64,000 bases of DNA from Eledone cirrhosa (GCA_964016885.1 OZ024742.1:53444001-53508000), one strand, 5' to 3'. Shown: positions 42,211 to 55,986, numbered from the stretch's first letter. Made by a program: numbers and translations. Notes: a model not told the origin generated them from the sequence alone.

Positions 42211-42857
42211 AGAGAGAGAAGGAGTCTGAAGAACATAAGAATTCTATATGGGTATTCCTTGCGAGTCTGTACGCTCTGCGTTCAAATACCGCCGAGGACA
42301 ATATATAAACTACAAGTCCAGTACTGGGGTCAATTATTCCCCGAAATCTCTTGTTCAGAACTGGAGAAGGTTGGGCTCTATCAGGTTTAACATATTGAAA
42401 ACATATTGCACGTCAATACAGTGTCCCTACGACTTCACTTTGAGTTCAGGGCTCATGATATTAATGGATGGGAACGAATGGGTACCACCATGTTTTAAAT
42501 GTTCAAGAAACATTCCATGATCTACGGTGTCCCTACGACTCCAAGAGGAGTTTAGTGTTCATGGCGTGTTACACGTGTGTGTGTATTTTACAAGTTCTGG
42601 TGATTGATATATTATTACTGTATTCATATTAGTGAAGTAAAATGGTTTATTGTTTAGACTATTCAATTTATGCTCGTAATAAATTCGTGAGTTCGCTTCC
42701 AGAACCAGTGAGCCCGTTGTGTTATTGAGCACGAAACTATATTATTTCACAGTTGTTTAGTTTGGTCAGCAGGCAAACATGAGCTGTGTCTGTAATTCGA
42801 AGGAACCATCCTTGTCACAGCGTGTCCACTGAATCTACCTGAGAATTACATGAAATG

Positions 42858-43059
42858 CAGACCTGCCAACCTCTAGAAACTCAAACGGGGGAGTACCATG
42901 AAAAAAAGTGCCCCAAAGCCCCAAATTAGGCAAAATTGGGGAGATTTTACATAATGAAAACTATAACCATTTTCACAAGAGAAGACATCTCTCACCCATA
43001 CCCAAAGTGGGTAGGAGATCTTCCTGACGGATGGGGGGGAGGGGGGGTTAGCAGGTCTG
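42858..43059. mobile_element. ~200-bp MITE (TIR CAGACCTGCCAACC), inserted in SINE B
   Basis: CAGACCTGCCAACC / GGTTAGCAGGTCTG; second copy at 44403-44597 and a fragment at 41740-41787. Confidence 0.8.
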
Positions 43060-43256
43060 TCGAATGCTCAGCCACTTGCACTATAATTCAAAATAAACTG
43101 TACATCTAATTCAAAGAGCCAGCCTTGTCAGACACTGTGTCACGCTAAATCTCCCTGAGAAATACATTAAAGGTGCACCTCTTTGTGAAATGTTCAGCCA
43201 CTCTCATACTGTGTATCGTGTTAGTATAGTATATTACATATTAACATAGTTCACAT

Positions 43257-43441
43257 AATTGTTTCTACTTTTGGCACAAGGCCAGCAATTATCCAGTGCA
43301 TTACTGGTACTTTATTTTATCGACCCCGTAAGGATGAAAGGCAAAGTTAACCTCGGCGGGATTTGAACTCAGACCATAAAGGGTCGTAACTCTTTGCTGC
43401 AAAGCATAGCGTCAGACCCTCTACCGATACTGCCAATCCAC
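43257..43441 (-). mobile_element. SINE family A, full length
   Basis: Near-consensus reverse complement. Confidence 0.85.
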
Positions 43442-43735
43442 ATCACATAATGCTATTTTCCACGTATGCATTTGTTTGTGTGTATACCCATGGGTGCGTT
43501 TATTTGGGTTTGTCACACTATACGTATATATATATACACATATACACACTCACAGACACACGGAAGCACACATATACACACGCATATATATATATATATA
43601 TATACATACACACACACAGAGACACACGGAAGCACACATATACACACGCATATGTATATATACATACACACACAGACACACACATATATATATATATATA
43701 TGCATACACACACACACATATATATATATGCATAA

Positions 43736-43771
<36 letters not shown>

Positions 43772-43881
43772 GCATACACACATATATATATATATATATA
43801 TATATGCATACACACACATATATATATATATGCATACACACACATATATATATGCATACACACACACATATATATATGCAT

Positions 43882-43928
<47 letters not shown>

Positions 43929-44096
43929 CACACACATATATATATGCATACACACACATATATACATATATATATATATATATATATGTATATACATATA
44001 TATATACATATATATATATAAGTTAAAACAATGAAATAAAAAATCAAGTCATTAGATATATACTTCACTGCTTTACGATCGTTTCTGTATGTATGT

Positions 44097-44175
<79 letters not shown>

Positions 44176-44194
44176 CACACATACACGTATGCAT

Positions 44195-44243
<49 letters not shown>

Positions 44244-44321
44244 CATACACACATACACGTATGCATGTACATATATATATATATATATATACACACACGC
44301 ACACACACACACACACACACT

Positions 44322-44395
<74 letters not shown>

Positions 44396-44402
44396 TGTAT
44401 AA

Positions 44403-44597
44403 CAGACCTGCCAACCTCTAAAATCCCAAACGGGGAGTACCATGAAATAAAGTGCCCCAAAACGGGGAGATATGAGGCAAAATGGGTAGATTTTACACAA
44501 TTAAAGGTATACTGATTTTCACTAGAGAAGACATCTCTCACCCACCCTAAAGTGGGTGGGAGATCTCCCCGTCGGACGGGGATAGTTTACAGGTCTG
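44403..44597. mobile_element. Second copy of the CAGACCTG MITE
   Basis: Same TIR and internal GGGGAGTACCATG...AGAAGACATCTCTCACCCA. Confidence 0.8.
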
Positions 44598-44607
44598 GTA
44601 TAATAAC

Positions 44608-44710
<103 letters not shown>

Positions 44711-44973
44711 TCTCTTTTCTCCTAGTTTATTTTACACCTAATTCTGTTTAATTGACTGTATCTATCTGGGCGATTACGCTGTCGAAATATTCGATAAATA
44801 TTCCGTTGCAGCCGACGCGAAGGGCTAGTTTCGGTTATTTGTTGGAGATTTCTTCATAGAAGCCTTATTCTTATAGCCTGGCCTGGTCTATTCGATTTTT
44901 TATATGGTTAATTATGCTAATTGGGAGAGGAAATGGTATATATTTTATCTGGTGATTCTATAGACATGTTTTA

Positions 44974-45048
<75 letters not shown>

Positions 45049-45156
45049 TAGATAGATGGATAGATAGATGGATGGATAATAAGATGTTAGTTGCCTGAGT
45101 GGTTACCGTGTTTTCTATGACATCTTAACAAGTTATGTTTACAAGTCAGTACTTAC

Positions 45157-45279
45157 ACGTTTTTTGATGGAACGAGATCTCAGCTAGTGTTGCTCCAGAC
45201 CGCGCCACTGGTGCTTCTGACAACAAGCAGCATAACTTGGCAGAGCCTGGCTGTGGTAGTGGTTGTAGTGTGGTGGAGG
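45157..45279 (-). CDS. Candidate 123-nt symmetric internal exon (STTLQPLPQPGSAKLCCLLSEAPVARSGATLAEISFHQKT)
   Basis: TACTTTCAG| acceptor, |GTAAGT donor, length divisible by 3, only one open frame, GC-rich island. Confidence 0.4.
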
Positions 45280-46349
45280 CTGAAAGTACTTCAAGACTCA
45301 TATGCCAAAACCAAAATAAACAAAATGAAAAAAAAAGGAAAAAAACAACGCCCTAAAAGCACACACAAATATAAGCAACAAAAGAGTGTAATAACAGTTA
45401 TAAGTAGAGATAATTAGAGGAAATATAATAATTGTTTCTATTTTAGGTACAAGGCCAGCAATTTGAAACGGAGGGGATAGTCGATTAAAACGACTCCAGT
45501 GTATTACTGGTACTTTATTTTATCGATCCCGTAAGGCTGAAAGGTAAAGTTAACCACGACCGAATTTAGATGACATTTAATAATGGTTGCTGATTTAGGC
45601 ACAAGGCCAGAAATTTTGTGGGAGGGGAAAGGTGATTAAATGGACCTCAGTACGACACTGGTACTTTATTTTACCGCCCCAAATGAACAGTGATGTAGAT
45701 GCAGTAAAGAAGAAAAGTCAGTAAAAAGGATAAGTCAGAATCATTAATAATTTGACTGTTTCATATTCGTCACTTACACACCCCCCTTACAATATATTAT
45801 CACCCCCTTCCTTTATATTCGTTACTTAGACCATCACCCCTTCCTTTATATTCAGTATATACACCATCACCCCTTCCTCATAACTTATTACTCAATGACA
45901 CTTACACCCCCCCCTCTTTCCTTTATATTCATTACTTACTCTCCCCTTCCTTTATATTCATTACTTACTCTCCCCTTCCACGTCTACCTCTACCTCTAGC
46001 CATTCATGCCCTCGCCTCCTTTATTTATATGGTTTATTGCTGTCTTCTATCAAGTTTCATTCCGTCTTTTTCTGCTTCCACTTTTCTTATTTTGAAACAT
46101 ACATACATACATACATACATACATACATACATACATACATACATACATACATACATACATGCATACATGCATACATGCATGCATGCATACATACATACAT
46201 ACATACATGCATACATACATACATACATACATACATACATACATACATACATACATACATACATACATACATACACGATGGCTGCCTCTTCGTTATCGAG
46301 TATGGCCATTGCACGATATACCATTATTAATAATTATTAATTAATTCTA

Positions 46350-46806
46350 TCGTGCAATGCCTGTGCGTGAAGATATTTTGTAAAGTGAGGGTAGACTGTG
46401 CACTGAACCAATCCCACTCTCTGAGCGACAGTAGCTATAACCCGAAAAGAAGAAAAGATCAACATCATCGTTAACTACTGAGCTGCAGGTTTTATATCGG
46501 AGTTATCCCAGTTTCCTGAGTTGCCTTCTCCTAGAAGAATGCCCTGGCACAGGCTAGGGGTCCTTCACTCCCAGTGCTTTAACCGCGCGGTACATGTTTA
46601 TATACATATTTACACACTTTCGGATGGCCGTTGACTCTTATGAGTTCTTCCGCCCTTTGTCAGGTTTTGTTTTTTGTCCTGCAGGGTGTCCAAAATCACC
46701 CTCCTCACCAAGTAAACTTGGTAGGGTTGCCGGTTTAGTCGCCGACGACCCGACCATGCGACAGGTTGTATTGGGTTACATGTTACCAGTAGCACTCAAG
46801 AGTGAC
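46350..46806 (-). mobile_element. Repeat family shared with 57395-57792; probably the 5' UTR region of an RTE-type LINE
   Basis: Two colinear copies (CCAATCCCACTCTCTGAGC...GATCAACATCATC...GGGTTGCCGGTTTAGT...GTTACCAGTAGCACTC). The class is inferred. Confidence 0.55.
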
Positions 46807-46834
46807 TCGCCATATATACATACATACAAAAACT

Positions 46835-47702
46835 AACACCCAAGGAAATTGCCCAGCAATACTGCAGTGAATTCGTGGATGAAAAACTGCATGCTTATCA
46901 TCAAAAAATCATGCATGGATATGTTGCCAGGAAGCTCCAGAGTGACAGTAATATAGATAAGCAAAGTAGTCTATCTTGGACCAACAACCGCTATATTGGC
47001 TCCCACTTTGAAGGATACGCTTTTACAATCCAAACATAGGAAATCAATACAAAATACCTGATTCACAAAAGAGATAGGGATGCAGGAAAAACACCCAGAT
47101 GTGACAACAAATGCAGACTGCAGAATTAACATCGAAGATGTCATCCATGTCATAAGCAGCTGTCCAAATATGTCATCGCGGTACTATCAACCTATGGATC
47201 ATGATGTAGTGGCCAAAACACTGTACAATTCAATCCGTAGAAAAGATAGCCCCGACAATAAACATATCAAAAGTCACGGCAATGTGGAAGACATAAACAT
47301 ACATATGAAAGAGTACTGGTGGAATGTTCTAGTCAAAACCCCAATAAAATGCAGGCATAACAGACCAGATATAATGATATGAGACAGGGAAAAGAAGGCA
47401 TGCACAGTAGTGGAAGTTAGTTGTCCAGCAGATGGCAATATAATATTAAAGATTAGCAAAAAAGGAGAATATTTATGCAGAACTAATGAGGAATTTGCAG
47501 ATACTCCACCCTAACTATACCTTCAGATTAATCCTGTGATTATTGGGATACTGGAATATGTTAGTAACTGCCTCAGTACAAATCTTGGGAAACCTGGCTT
47601 TACAGAACCAGAATGAAAACGATTAGTTAGGAAATTACAAGTACAATCCATTAATGGAACAGTAAAAAATATGTAAAACATTCCAAAATTCTGCATGTAA
47701 TA
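46835..47702 (+). mobile_element. R4/Dong-like non-LTR retrotransposon 3' end (CCHC knuckle + restriction-like endonuclease), decayed
   Basis: HGYVARK...FEGYAFTIQ..EINTKYL...KCRL...EDVIHVISSCP...HDVVAK...HNRPDIMI.DREKKACTVVEVSCP...PVIIG. Confidence 0.85.
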
Positions 47703-48762
47703 ACTGTATGCACACATGTACAGATAAAAAACAAACAAACATATATATACACACACATATAACTCAAAACATCCACATCCACACATACAATAACATCCAT
47801 ACCTGCACACACATGCACGCATGCAGACATGCATACATATCTACCTAGTTGATGTTTAGATTCCAATGAAAGATTCTAGTGTTTATGCAAGAAACTGACT
47901 CTCTCTCTATTGGTAAAAAATTATAAAATTATAAAACCAGAACATACATACACAGGTACGGTGGAACTGAAGCGTGTGTGTGTGTATGTGTGTGTGTGTG
48001 TGGGGGTGGGGGGTACGCCTCACCCTCAAATAATTACATATTTTCTACGAAAACACACATCGATATGTATATGCGCTACAATTTATGCACATGTTATGTT
48101 TATCGGATATCGAAGTTTTTTATAACTTGGTTGATATTTGACAATATATTATGTTAATCTTCATAGTAAATTTTCTTGTCATGTCATAACTTTTTCTCCA
48201 CATATCGCTATTTGCCAATTGCTAGTATGTGTATTCAGACACAAATTTCATAGGTCATTGCTATAATCGCTTTATAATTATTGAAAACTATAAATGTAAT
48301 ATGACCTGCTTGGACTCAAATTGCATTCTCTGACCATTTGCGAGTGCATAGCGCTAAACTAATCACTGCATCTAAATTGACCAAATTTGGCCACCCAATT
48401 CAGAAATGCTTCCACCGTCCTATATATATATATATATACTCTCGGGTCCCAAATAATAGAGGGTGGGGTAGAATAAGCGGGTAATTGTGGAGATTTGCTT
48501 ACATTTTTTAGGTGTGTGTGTGTGGGGGGGGGGGGATCGGTAATTGTATATTGTACGTTCATAAATATGCGATTTCATATATGTTTATTTAATGGAAAAT
48601 AAAATAATTATTAGATTCTTCAGCTGATGTATCGATATGAATCACTTACAATAAAATTTCGCCGGAGATAGATTAGCAAAATTTAGTAAGCGAGGAAGGG
48701 AGAATAAAAGCGAGGATAGGGTGTGTGGAAAAAACTGAAAAATTAATAATGTAAAGGGTATT

Positions 48763-49201
48763 TGTAGTGTATGTTAGATGAAATAACAAGAATAGCTGAT
48801 TTACTTTATATATATAAAGGTTTACTTCACTTCAGTCAAAAAGAACAATAAACAACAAGTTACCACGAGTCGCGAAGTTTGACGATGTTATTTTGTTGTG
48901 GGTTCATGAGGCTGGTGTAGTCTGAGATCAGGAGAGAGGGAGAGTAATGGTCTGTAGTTGACTGTAGACCTCTGCGGCCTGTAGGTAGCGGTGAATCTTT
49001 ACATAGCTTGTCTATAGAGTACTGCTCCGATCTCTCTGTGTCAGACGTGGGATGATACAGGCTTTATATACCTGTCGCTTTCTGTCTCCCGCCTCGAGGG
49101 ATCGCCCACGCATGAACCTGTCCACACCGAAAAGGATGGTGACCTAGAATTTGACTTTTAGGTGTCACCCAGGGTTCAAGGCGTGGACAGATTTCGCTAC
49201 A
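48763..49201 (-). mobile_element. Solo LTR, TG...CA, 4-bp TSD TATT
   Basis: TATT|TGTAGTG...CGCTACA|TATT, with a TATA-like TATATAAAG on the minus strand. A 4-bp TSD is typical of Gypsy-type integrases. Confidence 0.8.
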
Positions 49202-49204
49202 TAT

Positions 49205-50270
49205 TAACACCGTGCCGCCAGGATCCTGAATAGACAAACCGTCCGATTCTCCTACTCAACTACAGCAAACCTCAAAAGCTTTGTAACAGGACTGAATCAT
49301 AAACGTCTCCGTGCTTATAATAAAAGTAACCTACATGCACCTGAACGGGTAAATAACACCTGCATAAATAGAATTAGCTAAATCTCTACTCAACCTACCA
49401 AACTAAACAACGGCACACATATTTAAATTGCTAACTTGATGAACAAACAAGTTAATCTTACTCAACCAGCTTACAGTTCTATAACCACCGCAAATACTCG
49501 ATCGGAAACAAACTCTAATCGATACACACAGAGAAACTGTAACTGTATACAATCCAATAACTGACCCTTAATGGGAAAATGTATGGTTGAAAAAATCGTT
49601 TACGAACACGCACGTTAATTTCACGAGCAGGTTGTTCCGTTGAACTGGAACACTCGTCGTAACCGACGGAGTGCCAGAGAGATAACACTAACTTAGGTAA
49701 AATACACATCTCACTTTCATACTTAACCAACCACAACTAACTTATAGATTTCTTGTACTACATTATCCTTTAAATAATAGAAGCAACTGCGTATTACCTT
49801 GAATAGGTACTCTCAACACAAACAATTAAATTCTACAGTACATACATCACCAACTATCATAAAAATATTAGATTCGATCCCATATCTCTGCATCTATTCT
49901 CTGGATAATTCCAGTATCCGTACACATCTACATTAACTCTCTTTCATTACAGTCATATATATACCTTTATTTCAACATGTCAGCAATCGACCTGTTTCCT
50001 CGTCTCGTTTGGCACCATCAACCAGTCTACATTTGAGATATCAACTGCATTATCTCCCTATTATCTTTCCTCATCCTTGTTCTTTTCCCATAGATTTTAT
50101 ATATTACACTAATTTTCATCCCTTCCTAAATATATTTTTACTCCTGCCTATTTAAACCGGCCAACACACTTAGAAAACTATACCTCACAACGAGCAGCGA
50201 CAGACCAATCACAAACTATAATTCTCTAAATTATTTACTATATTTTACCGTAGATAGTCTCTGATGAATC
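49205..50270 (+). mobile_element. Heavily decayed PLE-like 3' region with a SINE B insert (~49530-49690)
   Basis: SYSTTANLKS..TG.N.K-like linker motif, CT-rich tail, CTGATGA at 50261. Confidence 0.4.
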
Positions 50271-50408
50271 TGTAGCGAGATCTGTCCACGCCTTGAACCC
50301 TGGGTGACACCTAAAAATCAAATTCTAGGTCACCATCCTTTTCGGCGTAAACAAGTTTATGCGTGAGGCGGGAGACGGAAAGCGACAGGTATAAAAAGCC
50401 TCGTTACA
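50271..50408 (+). mobile_element. 138-bp miniature LTR-derived insertion, TG...CA, TSD AATC
   Basis: AATC|TGTAGCGAGATCTG...CCTCGTTACA|AATC; homologous to the first third of the 48763-49201 LTR. Confidence 0.75.
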
Positions 50409-50807
50409 AATCTATATCTTTGTACGTTCATAAATTTACTCTATAAGTCGTCCTCTCATCCATTTGATTTCAGTTTCTCCCAAATCTCTCTGATGATGGT
50501 GGTTGGGGTTTGCAAATTTGGTCAATTTAGTTGTAGTGGTTAGTTTAGCTCTTTGCACTCTAAAAAGGCCAGAAATAAATATAAACATAACATGTACATG
50601 AATTATAGCGCATATCCAAATAGATGTGAGTTTTGGTAGTTCGAGGAGAAAAATATAATTATTATGGTGGTGATGTGAGGGTTTTTGGGACAGTCCACCG
50701 CCCTTGTATATATGTATATAACTTTAAAAAAATATGCTAAGGGGTTAATATATCGAGCTTCTTAGCATTTGGCAAAAACTGGTATTATACCCAATTTATT
50801 CATCTCC

Positions 50808-50840
<33 letters not shown>

Positions 50841-50842
50841 TC

Positions 50843-50990
50843 ATTCATTTATTATGGCTATTGGTGAGCTTTGTAACACAAGTTTCACCTGTGCACTCAC
50901 AGGATCACCAGTCTTGTCTGATGATCCTGTGAGTACGCAGGTGAAACTCCAGAATAAGAAGGCTCACTATTTTGCCATAATAAATGAATA
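50843..50990. mobile_element. Fold-back element carrying two opposed hammerhead motifs (family P2)
   Basis: + strand: AGTCTTGT-CTGATGA-T CCTGTG AGTA CGCAGG T-GAAAC TCCAGA ATA-AGAAGGCT...AATAAA. The minus arm has a degenerate mirror copy. Confidence 0.75.
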
Positions 50991-51735
50991 TTTAAGCTCT
51001 AGTTCAGTATTGAGTTTTCATTCTTACGTCCGTCAGTAATTCACGTATTCTCAGATCTTGAATGACCTCCCCCCACCCCCGCTTATTAATTTGTCAGATT
51101 TCCTACACTCTCTACCCGCTTATTAAATTTTTCTAATCTATCTCTGGTGAAATTTTATTGTAAGTGATTCATATTGAAACAGCATCTGGAAAATCTAATT
51201 ATTATTTTATTTTACATTAAGAAAACATTATATATGACAAAAAAAGAGAACATTACAAGAAATCTCATATTTACGAACATGTATTATATATATGTACATA
51301 TATATATTTCCTCTTGTTATAAAATTGTTTCTTGTTTTCTTCCTTCTGTTTATATTCCAATCCTTTCTTTTTGACCCTTTTTACTCCAGTACCTTTTCGC
51401 TTCTGTATTCCCTCCATTCCTCTGTTATATTCAACCATTTCCTATCTCATTGATGTTCACTATACTCGTCTTTTACGTTTGAATTGTGAAAGCGAGTGTC
51501 TTAGTTGTTAAGGTCGTTTGGCCAAGAGTTAGAATGCTGGTGGTGTGGTGTTTGGCTCGAAGACACACCACCAAGAACGGAACTCATCGCCTTAGGATCC
51601 AGAGTTGAACTCTCTAAACTCTGAGCTCCGCACCTTCACTAACATACATGTACTCAAATATAAACAATCGTAGATAGAATATCAAGCATGATACTACGAC
51701 AAATATGTGATTATACATACACACCCACACCGATT

Positions 51736-51835
<100 letters not shown>

Positions 51836-52522
51836 ATGCAATGCTGTAAAGATAACCTTGACTAAACAATCTAAGCTCAATTAAAAATATACACATGTGG
51901 CTTGAGAGCGCTTAAGGTTGATAATTACATAGCTCTTCATTTCTAAGAAAGATTGGGCAATTCGTACCAGACACAGCCTGATAGAATATCTGCCTTTTGC
52001 GCGCGGAAATAGTTTCATTTAAAAACCATTTTCAGAGGGGAACATTTTGATCTGACACTTTCATTTACACCCCTGTTAACTCACCACGTATGAAGCTTCG
52101 AATAGAAAATGGTTTAGATGAAATACGTAAGTGGATAAACAGCGTATTATTATATATTAACATTTATCGACGGACGAAATGCACACTTAAACACACAAGA
52201 ATAGTGGTTAGAGTATTCGGATCCCGATCGTAAGTTCGTGAGTTCGATTCCATGCGGTGCGTTTTGTCCTTTATTTCATGCAACTTTATGTTATGTAATT
52301 CCAGTCCACTCAGCTAACAAATATGAGTTGTACCTGTAATTAAATGTACCGACTTTGTCACTCTTGTGTTGCATGGAACCATCCTGAGATTTATGTTAAT
52401 CAACACGTAGCAATAAAAGTGTTAGCTAACTCCGCGTTAATTTCACGAGCAATACGAGCAAGCTACTACGTTGATCAACAAATAACTAGAACACTCACTA
52501 GTTGTCGGAATTGACGAATGTA

Positions 52523-53080
52523 CAGGGTGGTCCGAAAGTCTTGTCACCTCCTACCAAAAAGAAATGTGAAACAGTTTATGTTCCCATCGGAGTATCGTCC
52601 TCTTCGGAGGAGTTGGTTTGCCGAATCTTGCAGGTAAGTCATGTCGTACATCCTCCATGCTCTTGCCAGAATGCACACGATCATGTGTCCATACACTTGC
52701 AAGCAGCCTCTCTTCCAAACTGTAGGAGCTCTGAAATAGAAAATTATATTATTATTATTATATATTATAATTAATGATATTATATATTATATTATTAAAA
52801 CAAAAAATAATTGTTTCTACTTTTGGCACAAGGCCAGAAATTATCCCAGTATATTACTGGTACTTTATTTTATCGACCCGATAAGGATGAAAGACAAAGT
52901 TAACCTTGGCGGGATTTGAACTCAGTCCGTAAAGGGACGTAACTGTGCTGCAAAGCATGGCGTCCGTCTCTCTACAGATACTGCCAATCCACCGCCCTTA
53001 AAAAACCAAAAAAAAAAAAAAAAATAATGAAATTTAAAACAATATGTGACAAGGGGTGACAAGACTTTCGGACCACCCTG
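52523..53080 (-). mobile_element. Internally deleted Tc1/mariner element with a DUF4817-like HTH remnant and nested SINE A (52808-52998)
   Basis: TA|CAGGGTGGTCCGAAAGTCTTGTCACC ... GGTGACAAGACTTTCGGACCACCCTG|TA. Minus strand 52730-52570 reads SSYSLEERLLASVWTHDRVHSGKSMEDVRHDLPARFGKPTPPKRTILRWEHKLF. Confidence 0.85.
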
Positions 53081-53104
53081 TACAGCAACACTATATATAT
53101 ATAT

Positions 53105-53545
53105 ATATATTGGTAAACGGAATAGAAAATGCTGACAAATTGTTCACAGTGAAAAATAGTTTAATTAGGAATAAATGAGAATTAGTAATTGTATTGGTTA
53201 GTAATCAGTTTTGGTTTTAAGTTTTACCGGTTGCGCATTTCTAAATGCTTTTCAAAAATAATTTTGAGATAGAGCGTCCGTGATGTTTGCTCTGGAGATA
53301 GAGCGTCCGTGATGTTTGCTCTGGAGATAGAGCGTCCGTGATGTTTGCTCTGATCTGAGCAAACATCACGGACGCTCTATCTCAAAATTATTTTTGAAAA
53401 GCATTTAGAAATGCGCAACCGGTAAAACTTAAAACCAAAACTGATTACTAACCAATACAATTACTAATTCTCATTTATTCCTAATTAAACCATTTTTCAC
53501 TGTGAACAATTTGTCAGCATTTTCTATTCCGTTTACTAATATATA
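53105..53545. mobile_element. ~440-bp fold-back element with ~185-bp arms and a 29-bp unit triplicated at the centre
   Basis: Arms are almost identical; GAGATAGAGCGTCCGTGATGTTTGCTCTG x3 at 53266-53352; (TA)n flanks. Confidence 0.9.
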
Positions 53546-53574
53546 ATAACTTGTGTGTTACACCTCTATTCTTT

Positions 53575-53615
<41 letters not shown>

Positions 53616-54519
53616 AAAGAAGGTGTGATAAGATACCAGGTGGATCGTAACACACCAGAGTACTCGATGCACACACACACACATATATATATGAATACGT
53701 CCATATCCATATATTTATATTTTGACCAGAGCTGTTAATGGTGAGGGTGTGCTTTTGGTGGTAGGTTTTACAAAGATGCTAGAAATACTATATAAATATA
53801 TATTCTCAACGTGTTCTATTTTGACAAACATTAATGTCAAGTGGACAGCTAATGTTCAGAAGAGGGCCGATATTTTGGTTTGAATCTCAAAGCATAACAT
53901 CAGGCTTCTTGAGATTTCTACTCATGTGATCCACTTTTCTATAAATGTGTTCATTTTATTATTTGGTGACAATTATCAACTGAGGGTGTTTGGTTCATAG
54001 GCATAATGTCGTTAGTTCGATTCCTAGGCCGGACAGCGCGTTGTGACCTTATGGAAGACACTTTATTTCACGTCGTTCCAGTTTTGTGAAATTAACGAGA
54101 GAGAGAGAGGACTCGACCGGGAATCTCATTTAATAGTTTGCAGATAGAATCTTAAAATATGTTGAAGTTTATAAGATTGGCTAGCGGCATAGTGTTCTCT
54201 ATATTTGTTATCAGCTACATGAGAGCTTTAGACGGATCTTTGTATGAAAAGTTACTGCACCATTTCTTCTTGTCTGAGATCAGGCTGTACACTGTGCGAT
54301 TAATTTATACCACTCGGTCTTGTTTTTAAATCCCCAAATGGAATAGCCAAGATAATACTCTACATTTCCACAGCTATCAGCCAGAAAGCAACACGCTATC
54401 GTCATATAATATTACACTTGAGGTTTAATAAAGCTAAATATAATTTTCATCAGCTAATAATAACTTAAAATCATTTTTTGAAAGGATAAAACTTAAGAGG
54501 TGCGAGCGTGGTATGTATT

Positions 54520-55100
54520 GGTAAAATTGGTAAAGCGAGGGATAAAATGGCTTGCTAATTTTAGTTATATCCCTTTATGTTCTGAGTTCAAATCCTGCCG
54601 AGATTAGCTTTACCTTTCATTCTAACGGGGTCGATAAATTAAAGTACCAGTAACACAGAGGGATCGATTTAATCGACTTTCCCATCCCCCCAAATTGTTG
54701 GCCTTGTACCTAAATCAAAAGCATTGTTATTAAGGCGGTGAAATGGCAATATCGGTAGAGCGTCAGACAACATTCTTTGTGGCTTATAGTTACAGCCCTT
54801 TACGTTCTGAGTTCAAATCATGCCGAAGTTAGCCTTGTTTTTTATCGTTAAGTGGTCGATAAAATGAAGTACCAGTAATGCACTGGGTCAATTTAATTGA
54901 CTTTCCCCTTCCCCAGAATTGTTGGCCTTGTGCCTAAATCAGTAACCATTGTCATCGTTGAAAGGACGATTAATTTGAGGAGTCATTAGAATTTTGGTCA
55001 AGTGCTTAGCAGTATTTGTTCCGACTGTTTAAGTTCAAATGCCACCTAGACCAATTTGAATTTTATCCGTTCGGTGTTGATAAAATATAGTATCAGTCAC
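54520..55100 (+). mobile_element. Three tandem SINE family A copies
   Basis: Three successive AGTTCAAAT...GATAAAAT cores. Confidence 0.8.
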
Positions 55101-55284
55101 GAAGTATTTTTTTCTTCCAATTTTTACTTGTATGGTGTTCTCTATTTTCCAAGGTTTACAAAAAAACAGAGGAAAACACATATCTTATCATCCAGGGCCT
55201 CTTCATTACTGTCCTGTAGTAACCAGTAATGTGTTGCACTGTCATTTGCTGTCCTGTACACACCGATGCCATTCTCTGCTGTCC

Positions 55285-55356
55285 TGTGCCATCATTAATG
55301 TTTTCTTCATGTCAGCCTCGTGTGGCTGACATGAAGAAAACATTAATGATGGCACA
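55285..55356. repeat. Perfect 33-bp-arm hairpin with a 6-nt loop
   Basis: TGTGCCATCATTAATGTTTTCTTCATGTCAGCC-TCGTGT-GGCTGACATGAAGAAAACATTAATGATGGCACA. Confidence 0.9.
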
Positions 55357-55940
55357 TTAATGCTGTTTTTGTTGTTGTTTTCGTTACTGTTGTTGTTGTT
55401 GATGGTAGTGTCGTTGCGGTTGTTGATGATGTTGCAGTTGTTATAGTTGCTTTTTTGTTATCGTTGTTGGGTTTGTTGTTAGGGAGGTGACGGTAGTAGA
55501 AGTTGTGGTGACTAATGTGGTGTTGTTTTTTTTTTAATTAGTTGTATTAAATTAGACGCAATAGAACATTTTGTATAAACAATTTTTTTTCTCCAAAGAC
55601 GTTATCAATTCATTTATTTCTATATTAGCTTTGATTTATTTCACAATATTTTCACAAAAGAATGTCCCTGTTTTATATATTTTGATTCGAGGCCAATCTC
55701 TAAAGAGGAAAATAAACAAACAATATGTTTCGTTCTCAAACATTCAGATTTTTAGACTGTGTTGTGTAAAGATAGGTTTCTGCAACACCACGCCAGAAGA
55801 ATATATAAGAACTGTCTGCAAATTTTGGGTATATTCCAAAATTTGCAGTTACATTTACTTTTTAAAACTCACTCATATGGTGTGAGTACTTATGTTGTGT
55901 GTGTATGTGTATGCGCGCGCACACAGAACATGTTTATTTG

Positions 55941-55986
<46 letters not shown>

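Noticed and set aside
43450-44541. Many 100-250 aa ORFs rich in YI/HT/CV (also near 3500, 19000, 21000, 34500, 46100)
   Set aside because: Translations of (TA)n, (CA)n and (TACA)n microsatellites.
55756-55880. + strand exon ending in GT|GTGAGT
   Set aside because: No recognisable product, two frames open, contains a hairpin and has no partners.
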